DNA of 64,000 nt from Rebecca billardiae RCC1528 (Eukaryota; Protista; Haptophyta): NCBI GenBank assembly GCA_965240325.2, contig OZ251231.1:2542001-2606000 (forward strand). Reading direction: 5' to 3'. This document shows positions 45,664 to 57,539 of the stretch, in pieces. The stretch's first letter is position 1; each line of letters opens with the position of its first letter. The notes beneath the pieces are model-generated. The model was not told where the DNA came from, did not search any database, and was given only the letters and a program-made list of their open reading frames with translations. The translations under genes and the position numbers were made by a program.

Positions 45664-48039
45664 ATGCCGCGCGGCACGGTACATCTTGCGCCGGGCGCGC
45701 GGTACGAGGGCGGGATGGACGAGGAGGGGCGGCGGTGTGGGCGCGGCACGCTGATTGTGCACGACGACGAGGCAGGCGCCGACACGTACCTCACGGGCCT
45801 CTGGCGCGACGACGAGCTCGACGGCCCGGCGGTGTACACGGCGGCGGACGGCTGCACGGTGCACGGCACGTACACGCGCGGAGAGCTGCGGGGGCACGTG
45901 GTCGAGCTCTTCGCGGATGGCACGCTACACTTTGCCGGCAGATACGTCGATGGGGCGCGAGAGGGCTACGGCATCGAGCTGCGCGCGGACGGCGGCTGCC
46001 TCGAGGGCGAGTGGCGAGCGGGCGTAGCGCACGGCATGCGCTGCTGCTACCACTACCCGTGTGCCGACGGCGGCGCGCTCGTCGGCGAGTGGCGCGACGG
46101 CCAGGTGTTGCGCGCGCGCTACGTGCTCGTACCGCCCAGACCAGCCCCGACCGAGCCGCCGCCGAAGCGCATGCGCCCTGCAGCCGCGTGCCCGGCAGAG
46201 CCGCCGCTGCCGCACGCGGCGCTGCTCAACCCGAGCGCGAGCGCGCGCGCGCGCGCGGCCGCGGCGGGCGAGTACCCGAGCTTGGACGAGCTGCCGCGCG
46301 CGGACCCGCGCGCGCATGCGTATGCGTATGGCCCCGGCACGGACGACGCGCTCCCGCCGTGGCCCCGCGTGCGCGACCCGCACGAGGCGGCGCGCGTCGC
46401 GTGCGCGCCCTCCGCCATCGACGGCGCCGGCCTCGGCCTCTTCGCCGTGCGCCCGCTGCCGCCCGGGGAGGTGGTGGCGTTCTTCGCGGGGATGCGCGTG
46501 AGCGCGGCCGAGGCGGCCGCGTGCAAGCCCGACGCGGTGAGCCACGCGCTCGAGCTCGACGACGAGACCGGCGTCCTCGTGCCTCACGGCGCGTGCGCGC
46601 CCAGCGCCGAGCACGCCGCCGCCGCAGACGGCGCCGCGCGCGCGCGCGCGGCCGCAGGCGCCGCCGTCGCGTACGCGGCCTCGAGCGGGCACTGGGCCAA
46701 CTTCTGCTTCTCGTCCAACGCGGTGTACGAGCCGTTCGAACACCCGCGCTTCGGGCTCATCGCGTGCGTGCGCGTACGCCGCGCGCCCGAGGGCGAGTCG
46801 GCGGGCGGTGGAGGCGCGCGCCCCGGCGTGCGCGCGGGCGCGGAGGTGACCGTGGACTACCCGCTTTACCCGGAGCACGCGCCGGACGGGCTGCCGGCGT
46901 GGTTCCGCGCGTACGCGCACAGCCGCACGGAGGACGGGTACTACTTCCACCTGCGCATGACGCCCCCGCGCGAGCTCGCCAGCGTGCGCTCGGCGCACGC
47001 GCTCCACTCCACCGTGCGCGCGCTCGCGCACGGCCCATGGCGCGTGCTCCACCTGGGGCGCGTCGAGCAGGGCATGACGTACGTGCTCGGCGCTCGCGCG
47101 GCGGAGGGGGGCGAGGCGGCGGGCGGGGCGGGCGCGGACGCGGGCTGGTGCGAGCCCGCGGTCGTGGGCTTCGAGTACGTGCGCACCGCCGCCGTGGGCG
47201 CGCTGGGCTGCGGCGCGCTGTGGCGCGCGCCGGCCGGCTCGGCCGTGCTCGCAGTCGGCCTTGGCGCGGGCTCCCTGCCGCTCTTCCTGGCGCACCACCT
47301 GCCCTCGCTGCACGTGAGCGCCGTCGAGCTGGACGACGCGGTGACGGACATCGCGCGGCGCTGGCTGCGCAACCCGCTCCCGTTCCCCGTGCACTCCGCG
47401 GACGGCGCCGCGCACCTCGCCTCGCTGCTGCGCGCGCGCTCGCAGCCGGAGTGGCGCGCGCTCGCAGCCATCGTGCTGGATGCGTACGATGCGCGCGGGC
47501 GCGTGCCGGAGCACCTGTGCACGCGCGAGTTCCTGGCGACGTGCGGCGCGCTGCTCGCGCCCGCGGGGCGCGTGCACCCCGCCGCACCGCCGCCCGGCGG
47601 GGGCGGGGGCACCACGGGCGCGCGCGCGGCGCACGGCGCAGCGGCCGAGCGCGGCGGCGTGCTTGTGGCCAACGTCTTCAACGGCGCGCCGGGCTCGGCG
47701 GCGTGGGCGCGGCTGTGCGCCTTCGCGGCGGCGCTCGAGGCATGCGTCGGGCCTGTGTGCTGCCTGCAGGTGCACGGGCAGGAGATGAACCTCGTCTTGC
47801 TCGCCCGCTCGCACACGCGCCTGCCCGCGTGCGCAACGGACGCGGATGCGCGCGCGTGCGAGGAGGAGGCCAGGCTCGCGCACGCGGCCGCCACGGCGGA
47901 GCTGGGCGGTGAGCGCGCGCTCGATCCCGCCGCCCTCGCACTGCTCGAACGGCTCTCGCGCCCTGGCGCGGCGAGGCCGTGGCCGGCGCTCCTGCGCGAC
48001 GCGGCATGGGCGCCTTGGGTGGAGACTGCCCTCACGTGA
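45664..48039 (+). CDS. SETD7-like MORN + SET protein fused to a spermidine-synthase/METTL13-like class I methyltransferase domain
   Basis: MORN repeats (YEGG..GRRCGRG, LEGEWRAG); SET motifs AGLGLFA, YAASSGHWANF, FEHPRFG, GAEVTVDY; then VLAVGLGAGSLP, AVELD, IVLDAYD. Single open frame. Confidence 0.85.
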   Translation: MPRGTVHLAPGARYEGGMDEEGRRCGRGTLIVHDDEAGADTYLTGLWRDDELDGPAVYTAADGCTVHGTYTRGELRGHVVELFADGTLHFAGRYVDGAREGYGIELRADGGCLEGEWRAGVAHGMRCCYHYPCADGGALVGEWRDGQVLRARYVLVPPRPAPTEPPPKRMRPAAACPAEPPLPHAALLNPSASARARAAAAGEYPSLDELPRADPRAHAYAYGPGTDDALPPWPRVRDPHEAARVACAPSAIDGAGLGLFAVRPLPPGEVVAFFAGMRVSAAEAAACKPDAVSHALELDDETGVLVPHGACAPSAEHAAAADGAARARAAAGAAVAYAASSGHWANFCFSSNAVYEPFEHPRFGLIACVRVRRAPEGESAGGGGARPGVRAGAEVTVDYPLYPEHAPDGLPAWFRAYAHSRTEDGYYFHLRMTPPRELASVRSAHALHSTVRALAHGPWRVLHLGRVEQGMTYVLGARAAEGGEAAGGAGADAGWCEPAVVGFEYVRTAAVGALGCGALWRAPAGSAVLAVGLGAGSLPLFLAHHLPSLHVSAVELDDAVTDIARRWLRNPLPFPVHSADGAAHLASLLRARSQPEWRALAAIVLDAYDARGRVPEHLCTREFLATCGALLAPAGRVHPAAPPPGGGGGTTGARAAHGAAAERGGVLVANVFNGAPGSAAWARLCAFAAALEACVGPVCCLQVHGQEMNLVLLARSHTRLPACATDADARACEEEARLAHAAATAELGGERALDPAALALLERLSRPGAARPWPALLRDAAWAPWVETALT

Positions 48040-48389
48040 ACGCTGATTGTGCACGCAATCATACTACATCGATATCGCGGCGTGATATCGCGTCGTCACT
48101 GCGTGCACAGGTAATCGTATCGATCGTCGTCATCACATCTTCGTCGCCCGCAGCAGCAGCTTGAGGCCATGAGCGCGCTGGAGCAGACAGCGACGCAGTG
48201 TCCGCCGGCGTCGCTGCGTTACGAGTCGGCATATCAGTTATTTAAGGCTGCTATATATACGGTCGTATAGTTCGTCAAGTCAGCTCACTGAAGCCCGCGG
48301 CCGCATAAGGGGCAAGGCCATGCAAGGGTACCGTTGGGTACGGTCAACGGTAGTCGGTACGGTCAGACTCAGAGCTCCCGGACGAGCTA

Positions 48390-48582
<193 letters not shown>

Positions 48583-48585
48583 TAT

Positions 48586-49552
48586 TGTCAAGAAATATTC
48601 GGATTACTAGCTGCTGCTCTAGTTTATGTGTCAACTCTTATTCGTGACTAATAATCCGTCTTTTCGCACTCCGCTGTTGATCATCATCGCTCCGCCGTCC
48701 AGCTCGACATCCGCAGCACGGCACTGCGCCAAGTTTACTACGCGACTTCCCACTTTGGCATTTTGCACCTTTATTGACACTACAGAGTCGGACATTCCAT
48801 TCGTCATGCTGATATGCAGCAAAGTTCATCACGTCCGAACCATATCCCCTTTCATTCCTTTGTCCGAACAGTCACACTCTTCCCTTTCGATTTTATATTC
48901 ATCGTCTTTGTCGATTACCTTGGGCCTCCAAGTTTTGCCCGCCAGCAGTTTAAGCGTCACGACTTTCCAGCTTCTTATTCTTCGAGTTATTTCTCGTACC
49001 ACATTTTAATTTGTTCGGTACGTCTTTCTCTCGGGCATGCCTACCACACCCGAGCTCTCGACCTAATGCCGAAGGACCTCCCTATTTGATTCATCGGTCA
49101 AGAAGCTTCCGCCGGACAATTCCTACTCGTCGTCACGTACATTCACGACGTATGTCGAGAATATATATCTGGTTCACCGTTCGTCAACGTTCCCGAACGG
49201 CTTACGCGCAATTTATCCCGTTGTTATTACGCACGTCAATTCGTCAGTTTTGTGCTGCACACCTGTTTTTACTTTTTCAGCAGACGGTTCGCACCTTTCC
49301 GCGCCCGCCCGAGATGCCGCGTGTGGGCACTTCATCGTTATTGCCTTTCGCCTTTTGCGCCTCAGTCCCGACTCACTCACTACTCTTATATGACCCGAGC
49401 AACCGCGCGAGCCGCCGCGAGCGGTTCATCAGTGCCCGCCATCAGGCATCACCGCCCGTCGGGCCGGCGTCCGCCGCGTGACCGCGTCGTCGCCGTCGTC
49501 CGGCCCGGACGCTGTCACGTGCCTGACGCGCGCGCTAACCGAGTATCTGACA
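48586..49552. mobile_element. Probable solo LTR of an LTR retrotransposon (967 bp)
   Basis: Starts TGTCA and ends TGACA; flanked by CCTAT / TCTAT (5-bp TSD, one transition). Mostly much lower GC than the flanks; no credible ORF. Confidence 0.65.
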
Positions 49553-49776
49553 TCTATATATATATAAGCAGCGCGCGTCATTCACGACGACGCACCTGTG
49601 ACATGATACACTCCACACGGCCGCAGCTCTGGGAATCACAGGCGCCGTCACTTATTGAGGCGCGCGCATACGCATCGGATGTGCATGCCGAGCACGTGCC
49701 GGTGGCCGCACTCGCGAGCCCAGCCGCTCGCCAGCGCAGACCGCTCGCGAGCCCCGGGCGCACGCGCCCGTATGCC

Positions 49777-50829
49777 CTAGCCCGTGGACGCGCCAAGCTC
49801 GTTCGCGGCTCGCTGTGCAAAGTCGGGCGCCTCCTGCTGCAGCGCGGCCAGCACCTCCGGCAGCGGCAGCGAGACCGAGCCGCCCGGCTGCGTGAAGTGG
49901 CGCACGCTGCGCAGCGCAGCCTCGAAGGGGGGCAAGGGCGGCGCCACGTCGGCGGCCGCCTCGGCCTCCGCCGCCGCGCTCTCGTCACCGCTCGCTTCGC
50001 CCTCCTGCGCGGCCTCCGCCGCCTCCGCCGCCTCCGCCGCCTCCGCCGCCTCTCCGCCGCCCGCCCGTGCGAGGATGGCTCTCACGCCCAGCGCAAGCGC
50101 GCGCGCACTCGGCTGCTGCCCGAGGTGCTCGAGCTGGAACCAGGCGCGTCGGGCCTGCATGTGGTTCTCCGCGTCCAGGCACGCCGCGAGCACGCGCTCG
50201 TACCTCTCCGGCTGCACGTGCGCCGCCGTCGCCGCGTCACTCGGCGAGAGCAGCCGCGTGGCGGCGCGCAGCTGGCCGAGGCCGAGCTTGGCATCGAGCG
50301 CGAGCGAGAGCGACTCGGCGCTGGTGAGGCCGAGGTAGCGCTGCACCTTGTACAGGCGCACGGCGTCGTGCCATTGCTCGCGCTCCACAAGCGCCGCCAT
50401 GAGCCCGCGCAGCTGCGCCTCCGTCGGCTGCAGCCCCCACCACTTGGTGCGCTCCAGCATCCCCACCAGCGCGCCAAACTCGCCCGTCCGGAGGGTCGCG
50501 TTGACGAGGAGGCCGGTGAAGTCGCGCGGGAGCGGCGCGAGGTCTTTGCGCGCGTAGAGCGCGTACGCGTTCGCGGCCACCAGGCTGTGCTCGGGCTCGT
50601 GGCACGCCTCGAGCAGCTTCATGAGGCGGGAGCGCTTGGGCGGACGCGTGGTGCGCTGCCACACCTCCAGCATCTCCTCGTACGCGCGCAGCGGCGGTAC
50701 GTTGAGCGGCTCGGGCCACGTGGCGAGCCCGCGCGACGCGCACGACGCGCTCGCGGGCGCGCCGAGTGCGAGCGCGCCCCGCCAACACACCGAGCTCGCG
50801 TGGACCACGCGCCGAGTCGTCGCCAGCAT
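49777..50829 (-). CDS. PPR/TPR-like alpha-solenoid protein with probable mitochondrial presequence
   Basis: N-terminus MLATTRR...ASRGLA is Arg/Ala/Ser-rich with no acidic residues. Helical repeats such as GLQPTEAQLRGLMAAL, YERVLAAC and GQQPS. An upstream in-frame ATG also exists. Confidence 0.65.
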   Translation of the reverse strand: MLATTRRVVHASSVCWRGALALGAPASASCASRGLATWPEPLNVPPLRAYEEMLEVWQRTTRPPKRSRLMKLLEACHEPEHSLVAANAYALYARKDLAPLPRDFTGLLVNATLRTGEFGALVGMLERTKWWGLQPTEAQLRGLMAALVEREQWHDAVRLYKVQRYLGLTSAESLSLALDAKLGLGQLRAATRLLSPSDAATAAHVQPERYERVLAACLDAENHMQARRAWFQLEHLGQQPSARALALGVRAILARAGGGEAAEAAEAAEAAEAAQEGEASGDESAAAEAEAAADVAPPLPPFEAALRSVRHFTQPGGSVSLPLPEVLAALQQEAPDFAQRAANELGASTG

Positions 50830-51378
50830 GGCTGAATTGCACGCCGAGACCGCGCGCGTGGCGTGGCGGCGAAAATCATCGTCAAGCATTTTCTGCATAT
50901 TATTTTATCCGCGCCGCTATTTGATTATTGCTGCTGATTGTTCAGCAGGGATTTCAGGCGAGATTGTGTCTGATGAGATTGACGCTGCCAGTGCCAACTG
51001 TCGTCTGTCACTGGCACCCATGAAGCCGATGGTACCATGGCCCCGTCGGAGATTCATTCAGCCGTCCGCCTGCGAGGCCTGGATGAAGGCAGCGGCCGCC
51101 TCGCGGCGCGCCAGCGCACATCGCCCTTACGAGTGCCCGGCACCGTCGCGTCCACAAATCATCGTTACATCGTCCGGGCGGCCCGGAAGTACCGTCTCCC
51201 GCTCCGCCACTGTCGCAGCGACAAGGTAAAAGAGCGACGCCAGTACTGCACTGTCGCAGCACACAGCCCATGAGGCCCGTCGCCGACAGGCCGTGGCGCG
51301 ATTGAGCGACGAGCGAGCACCACAGCCCGCAGCCGGCTCAGGACGTTGAGAACGGAACGACGGTGGGGAGGCGCGGCG

Positions 51379-52242
51379 TCACAACTCAGAGAGGCTGAGG
51401 AGCTGCGTTGTCGCCAGACCCGCGAGCGCGTGCTCAATCCGATCGATCTGCTCGCGGAACTGCGTGCGCCACGTGTCGGTCGGCGCCCCGTCCGCAGCGG
51501 CGCGCGCGCTGTCCAGGCTAGCACGCATGCGCGCCAGGTGCGCGCTCGGCGCCGCAGCGTCCGCATCCTCGACGAGCCCGCCAAAGTCCCACGCGCGCGG
51601 CCTGCCCGCCACGTCGCGCGCGCTCGTGCGCTCCGTGCCCGTGCCATCGCCATGGCTGCCGTCCGCCGCGGGCGCGTGGACCTCGAGCGTGCGCGTGCTC
51701 TCGGCCAGCCGCGCCTCGCTCTGCAGCACGGCTTGCGCGGCGTCGCGCTCGCGCCACGCCAGCTCGAGGTCCCAGCGCATGAGCTGCTCGCGCTCGCGCG
51801 CGCGTGCGGCGGTCTCCTTGGCGCGCTGCTCGAGCGCTGCGCTTTGCCGGCGCAGCTCCGCCGCCTCCATCTCCGCCTCCCGACGCGTCGTATCGGCCGC
51901 GTTGTGCGCAGCCTCGAGCAGCGTCGAGCGGATTGTCTGCTGGCGGAGGACGACGAACGCGCGCTCCTGCTCGCGCTCGAGCGCGCGCGCGTGCGCGGAT
52001 CTGCTTTCCTCGAGCTGGCGCGACACCCGCTCCTCGCGCTGGAGCGCTGCGCGCAGTTTGTCGCCCACCTCGCCCATGCGGCCGGCGAGCAGCTCCTCAG
52101 GCACGTGGCCACCGGCCGCGCGTGAGATGGCGCTCATCTCGTCGGCGGACGTCTTCGCCGCGCGCTGCGTCTCACGCAGGCGCGCGCGGAGAGAGGACAT
52201 GCGTGCATCGAAATCATCCGCGGCGGACCACACCCTGAGCAT
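51379..52242 (-). CDS. Uncharacterised coiled-coil protein (287 aa)
   Basis: Glu/Arg/Ala-rich heptad pattern with coding-like codon bias. Confidence 0.65.
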   Translation of the reverse strand: MLRVWSAADDFDARMSSLRARLRETQRAAKTSADEMSAISRAAGGHVPEELLAGRMGEVGDKLRAALQREERVSRQLEESRSAHARALEREQERAFVVLRQQTIRSTLLEAAHNAADTTRREAEMEAAELRRQSAALEQRAKETAARAREREQLMRWDLELAWRERDAAQAVLQSEARLAESTRTLEVHAPAADGSHGDGTGTERTSARDVAGRPRAWDFGGLVEDADAAAPSAHLARMRASLDSARAAADGAPTDTWRTQFREQIDRIEHALAGLATTQLLSLSEL

Positions 52243-52829
52243 GCCTGCGGCGAGGGCGTGTCCTAGCGACGCGCGAGGCGACAGCCCAGCGTGGTGGAGG
52301 CGGCCGTGAGGTCCCGCTCCAAGAATTGTCGCGCCCAGAAGCGAGAAATCTGGCCCGGGCGGAGCGTTTCGCAGCGGCCGCGCCGACAGAGTACTTCTGG
52401 CGGTTCACCGATCATTGCAATTCGTCGCGAATCCGCGAACTCGGATAGTGTTCGGAGGGGGGAAGATTCCATAGCCGCACATGATGAATTGCAACTTCGC
52501 GGGCAGTCGCCGAGATCGAATAGCGAACTTGCTGAGATGAATAAGCGAAAAAGCCTGTGGACGATTCCCTTGATCCCATCGATCGCCTCCGGTCCGGGCC
52601 CACGCACGGCTCCGGGCCACTCGGCGAGCGCAGCATTTCGGGTGTGAGAAGGAGCGAAGTGGGCGATACGGGGGGCGCAAGCGCGCCTCTGGCCAGGAGC
52701 TGTTCACACGCGGGGCCTGGCTGCGCGTGGGCGGGTGTGTGAATCTGGGGGCTGTGCGAGCAGGTGAGACTGCGCCGCAGACGCTCCGCCTGCTCGCGTC
52801 CGACCAAGCGCAGCTCGCGCGGCGTCGCC

Positions 52830-53990
52830 ATGTCCTCTAGCAGCAAGCCGGCTCGGGACAAGCGGATGGACGCGTTCAGCAAGGAGTGCATGCGCTTCGG
52901 GGTGCTCACGCACTTCAAGCACTTCCGCCTCGAACTCCGCGGCCGCGAGGAGCTGCTCGTGAGGATACCGCGCGTCAATCCGCACGTGGTCGGCCCCGGC
53001 GACGACGACCCGGTGGGTGGGGTGGCGGACGCGCTCGAGGCGCTGCGCGTCAACCACGGCCTCGGCTCGAGCACGGAAGTCAGCGCGGCGGGCGGCGAGG
53101 CGGCGGAGGGATGGGGCTACACCCTCGACCCGGCCGACGACGGGTACGACCGCGCGCCCGCCAGCCCAGGCCAGCCCGCCGTGACCGCCGAGCTCGAGGA
53201 CGAGGCCGTGTACCTGATTGGCTCGTACATGCACTACCGCCGGCCGTACGTGTGGGTGCGCTCGGGCTTCTCGTTCCTGCCGGCGTTCAACAGCCCGGGC
53301 GGCGTGCGCGAGGCGCGCGCGTTCGACGTGGACACGCCCGTGCGCCTGCGCTCCACCGACTCGTGGAGCGAGCACGGCTCGGCGTCCGCGCCGCACGTGC
53401 ACGTGTGGGACGTGGTGGGCGACATCGTGCGCGTCTCGCGCGCGCGGCCGCCGAGGAACCCGTTCGAGGTGGACTTGGACGCGCTGCGCGCGGCGCAGCC
53501 GCTCGAGCGGCTCCACGCCACCGCCGCGCTGCTCCACTTCCTCCGCGAGCTGCACCTGTCGGACGCGCACGCCGAGCTGGTCGAGCGCGACTACCTGCAC
53601 GTGCTCACCGCGCACTACGCGGCGCTGGCAGACGTCGCCAGCCCGCCCTCGCCGAGCGGGCTGGCGCGGAGCGCGCGCGCGTCGGCGGCGAGCAGCGGGA
53701 GCGCGGCGAGCCTCCTGACGCTGTCGCCCACGCCGCTCCGCGGCGGGCCGCGATGGCAGCAGATGCCGGCCTCGCCAACCGACGGGCTGAGCCCAACGAC
53801 ACCCGAGTGGCTGCCCGCGCCGCCGCCGGCGCACAGGCGACCTCCGCGCTCGCCCGCGCCCAGCCTGACGCAGCTGCAGTCCCTGCAGTCCGTGCCGGCA
53901 ACGCCGCCGCCGCCGCGCTCGCCCGCGCCGGGCTCTCAGCCGCAGTCCGTGCCGCCGACGCCACCACCGCCTCCATCGTGTGGCCGCTAG
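52830..53990 (+). CDS. Uncharacterised protein with globular core and Pro/Ser-rich tail
   Basis: Conserved-looking blocks YRRPYVWVRS, DTPVRLRSTDSW, VWDVVGDIV, RNPFEVD; coding-like GC3 bias. Function not recognised. Confidence 0.7.
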   Translation: MSSSSKPARDKRMDAFSKECMRFGVLTHFKHFRLELRGREELLVRIPRVNPHVVGPGDDDPVGGVADALEALRVNHGLGSSTEVSAAGGEAAEGWGYTLDPADDGYDRAPASPGQPAVTAELEDEAVYLIGSYMHYRRPYVWVRSGFSFLPAFNSPGGVREARAFDVDTPVRLRSTDSWSEHGSASAPHVHVWDVVGDIVRVSRARPPRNPFEVDLDALRAAQPLERLHATAALLHFLRELHLSDAHAELVERDYLHVLTAHYAALADVASPPSPSGLARSARASAASSGSAASLLTLSPTPLRGGPRWQQMPASPTDGLSPTTPEWLPAPPPAHRRPPRSPAPSLTQLQSLQSVPATPPPPRSPAPGSQPQSVPPTPPPPPSCGR

Positions 53991-54708
53991 CAGCGGGCCG
54001 CGCCGGCTGGCGCTGACGGCGCAAGGCCCGCGCCGGGTTGAGAGGCGCCCGCGCGACGGGGCAGGCAGGCTTTTCGCGTCCAGCTCGGGACGGCTGGCAG
54101 CGGTGGTGCGCGACCGCCCACTCGCACTTGTCATCTCTGGCAACGGGTTGCCGCGCAGCCTTCACCGTGCGGTCCGCCCGTCCCGCGGTGGAGTCTCCGA
54201 TTTTCCCGCCGCCGCCGTTATTTGCGTCGCGCTGTGGCGGCCGGCGCTGGCGGTGTGACGCTTGCCACCACCCGGGGCAAGGAACAGTCCGCCAGTGTCG
54301 ACGCTCCTCAGCGGCCCGGGCGCCGCAGACGCCCCATGAAGCCGTGCGATTCTGCGCGCTCGGGCTCGACTGAGTCTACTACACATGCCACCGCTAAGCA
54401 GTCCGAGTACTCAGTATTGAGCTATCATAGTAGCACGAAGCCCTGGCGGCAGTCAACTGATCAAGACCTGATGAAGACAACAGTGTCATCAGCACGGTAG
54501 CTCAAAAAGGGCCCCAGCCCCCATGCTGAAAACCGCTCAGCAGGCGGCGGACAAGGGAGCTGGCCAGCTCAGCAGCCACGCGGCGAGCGCCAACGCCCGC
54601 CGCCGCCGGCCTTGGTGCGCACGCCTGCCGTGGGCGTCTTCCGCTCAGCGCGCGGGCAGCAGCGCAAGCGCTCCGAGTGCGGCCGTCTAGGAGCGGCTGC
54701 ACGGCGCC

Positions 54709-56223
54709 ATGTGCGGGATCGTGGCCTACATGGGTGACGACGACGCCACGCCCTTCCTCGTCGGCGGCCTCAAGCGCCTCGAGTACCGCGGATACGACTC
54801 GGCCGGCATCGCGCTGCTCGTGCGGCCGGGCGACGACGGCAGCTCGCACTTCGAGGTGGTGAAGCGCGCGGGCAAGGTGGCCAACTTGGAGGGCGTCCTG
54901 CCCACGCGCACGAATGGCAGCCGCCCGACGCTCGGCATCGCGCACACGCGCTGGGCGACGCACGGCGCGCCCAACGATGTGAACGCACACCCGCACCTCA
55001 GCCAGAGCGGCCGGATCGCCGTCGTGCACAACGGCGTGATCGAGAACTTCTCGGCGCTGCGCGAGGAGCTCACGCGGAAGGGGTACGCGCCCATCTCGCA
55101 GACGGACACCGAGCTCTTCGCGCACCTCATCGAGGACGTGCAGCGCGAGGGCGGGCTGCCGCTCGACGCGGCGGTGCGGCAGGCGCTCACGCAGGTCGAG
55201 GGCGCGTTCGGCATCGCCGTGCTCTCGCTCGACGACCCGGACACGCTGATCGGCGCGCGGCGCGGCTCGCCGCTGATCATGGGCATCACCGACCCCACCG
55301 CCGACTCGCACGGCGCCGCCTTCTTCCTCGCGAGCGACGCGTCCGCCGTGGTGGAGCACACGCGGCACGTGCTCTACTTTGAGGACTCGGAGATGGTCGT
55401 GATCCGCCGGGGCAAGGGGTACGAGCTGATGACGCTGGCGAACGTCACGCTCTCGCGCGAGGTGCAGCAGCTGGAGCTCTCGCTCGCGCAGATCCAGAAG
55501 GGCTCGTACAAGCACTTCATGCTTAAGGAGATCTCCGAGCAGCCGGACGCGCTGCAGACGACGATGCGCGGCCGCATCAGCCTCGAGGGCGGGCACGCGA
55601 GCATCATGTTCGGCGGCCTCGAGCCGCTGATGCCGCGGCTGGCGAGCGCGCGGCGCTTCGTCTTCTGCGCGTGCGGCACGTCGTGGCACGCCGCGCTCGT
55701 CGGCGAGTACCTCATCGAGCAGCTCGCCGGCATCAACGTCGAGGTCGAGTACGCGTCCGAGTTCCGGTACCGCCACCCGATCCTCGCCAAGCGGCAGGCG
55801 GAGGAGGATGTCGTCTTCGTGATCTCGCAGTCGGGCGAGACGGCGGACACGCTGGCGGCGGCGCAGTACGCGCGGCGGAAGGGGCTGCTCGCGCTGGGCA
55901 TCTGCAACGTCGTCGGCTCCTCCATCGCGCGCGAGACCGACGCGGGCATCTACCTGCACGCCGGCCCAGAGATCGGCGTCGCCTCGACCAAGGCGTTCAC
56001 CGCGCAGATCACCGTGCTCACGATGCTCGCGCTCAAGCTCGGCCGCTACCGCGAGGAGATCTCGCAGGAGCGGTACGACGAGCACGTGCGCGAGCTGCTC
56101 GGCCTGCCCGAGAAGATGCGCGACATCTTTGCGCAGTGCGACAAGATCTACGAGATGTCGCGCGTGTACAGGTACGCGCACAACTTCCTGTACCTCGGGC
56201 GCGGCTACTGCTTCCCGGTCGCG

Positions 56224-56261
<38 letters not shown>

Positions 56262-56861
56262 TCATGCGGAGGGGTGCGCGCGCGCTCGCGCGCGGGCGGG
56301 CGGGCGGCGCCGGCGGCGCGGGGCGGCGCGGATCGGGGGCCTCGTCCCGCGCGCCGAGCCGCGAGCGCGCACCCCTCCGCACCCCTCCGCGCACCTCGCG
56401 CACCCCGCACACGGCAGGTACGCGGCCGCTGAGATGAAGCACGGCCCGATCGCGCTGATCGATGAGTTCATGCCGGTCGTGGTGATCGCGCCGCGCTCGG
56501 ACGCCACCTACGACAAGCTGCGCTCGAACATACAGGCATGCGCGCGCGCTCGCACCCCGCGCCCTGACGCGGGCCCAAGACGTGCTCACGCCCGCTGCCG
56601 CCGCCCGCGCCATGCCCGCGGCCGGCCCGCTCGCAGGAGGTGCTTGCCCGGCGCGGCTCTGTGATCGCCATCACCGAGGTGGGCAACAACGACCTGGACG
56701 CAGACTGCGAGTACGTGATCAAGATTCCGCACGTGTCGGACTTCCTCACGCCCATCCTCACCGTGCTGCCGCTGCAGCTGCTCAGCTACTACATCGCCGA
56801 CATGCGAGGGTGCAACGTTGACCAACCGCGCAACCTGGCCAAGAGCGTCACTGTGGAGTGA
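54709..56861 (+). CDS. glmS: Glutamine-fructose-6-phosphate aminotransferase (isomerizing); exons 54709-56273, 56418-56535, 56637-56861
   Basis: MCGIV, [54 protein letters not shown], C-terminal PRNLAKSVTVE. Confidence 0.97.
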
Positions 56862-57539
56862 GTGAGTGAGTTGGCAACTCCGACTACGAACTCTGAGGTA
56901 GTCTACAATGATGTTCGGCGCATTATTTAATTAATAAATATATATTATTATTATTACAGTTTACTTCAGTGCTGATGATGCACTGGACGCTCGGACGGCC
57001 GGCGCCGGCGTTCGGGCTCGGCAGAGACCCTGGCCGACGGCGACTGACGACTCTGACAGTCAGTGACAGTCTGAGAATAATCGTTATAGCAGCTCCGTAG
57101 CCTAGTAGCAGAGTCTAACCCGCAATGCCGGGCGTGGCCCGCCGGCGTGCGCGGTGCGCTGGTCGGCGGCGTCGTCATCGATCATGTAGGTTTTAGTCGC
57201 GCGTCACTTTCGCACTGCCTGCCTAGTGCCTGAGCTCGGTGTGCGCGTCTCTAGTATTCTTAGTAAACTGTAGTACTGTACGTATCTCGCCTGCTGCCTG
57301 AGCTGATGTGTGCGTCTGCTCTTATTCATAGTAAACTGTACTGTGCGATGAAGGATGGCGCGGCAACCTGCCACCGTGGGCGTGAGCCTTACGCACGTTA
57401 CGGTTAAAACAAATAAACTGTAGTTACCCGCGTGCGTCACTTTTCGTCAGCGTCGCCTTTTTCGTCGCGCATCAAAAAGAAACTCCAACGGCAATATGAT
57501 GGCGGCGAGTGCGGCGACGACGCTCCACGCAGCGAACTG

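Noticed and set aside
12631-48039. Apparent functional clustering of chromatin and cytoskeletal genes
   Set aside because: Interspersed with unrelated genes; no evidence of co-regulation from sequence alone.
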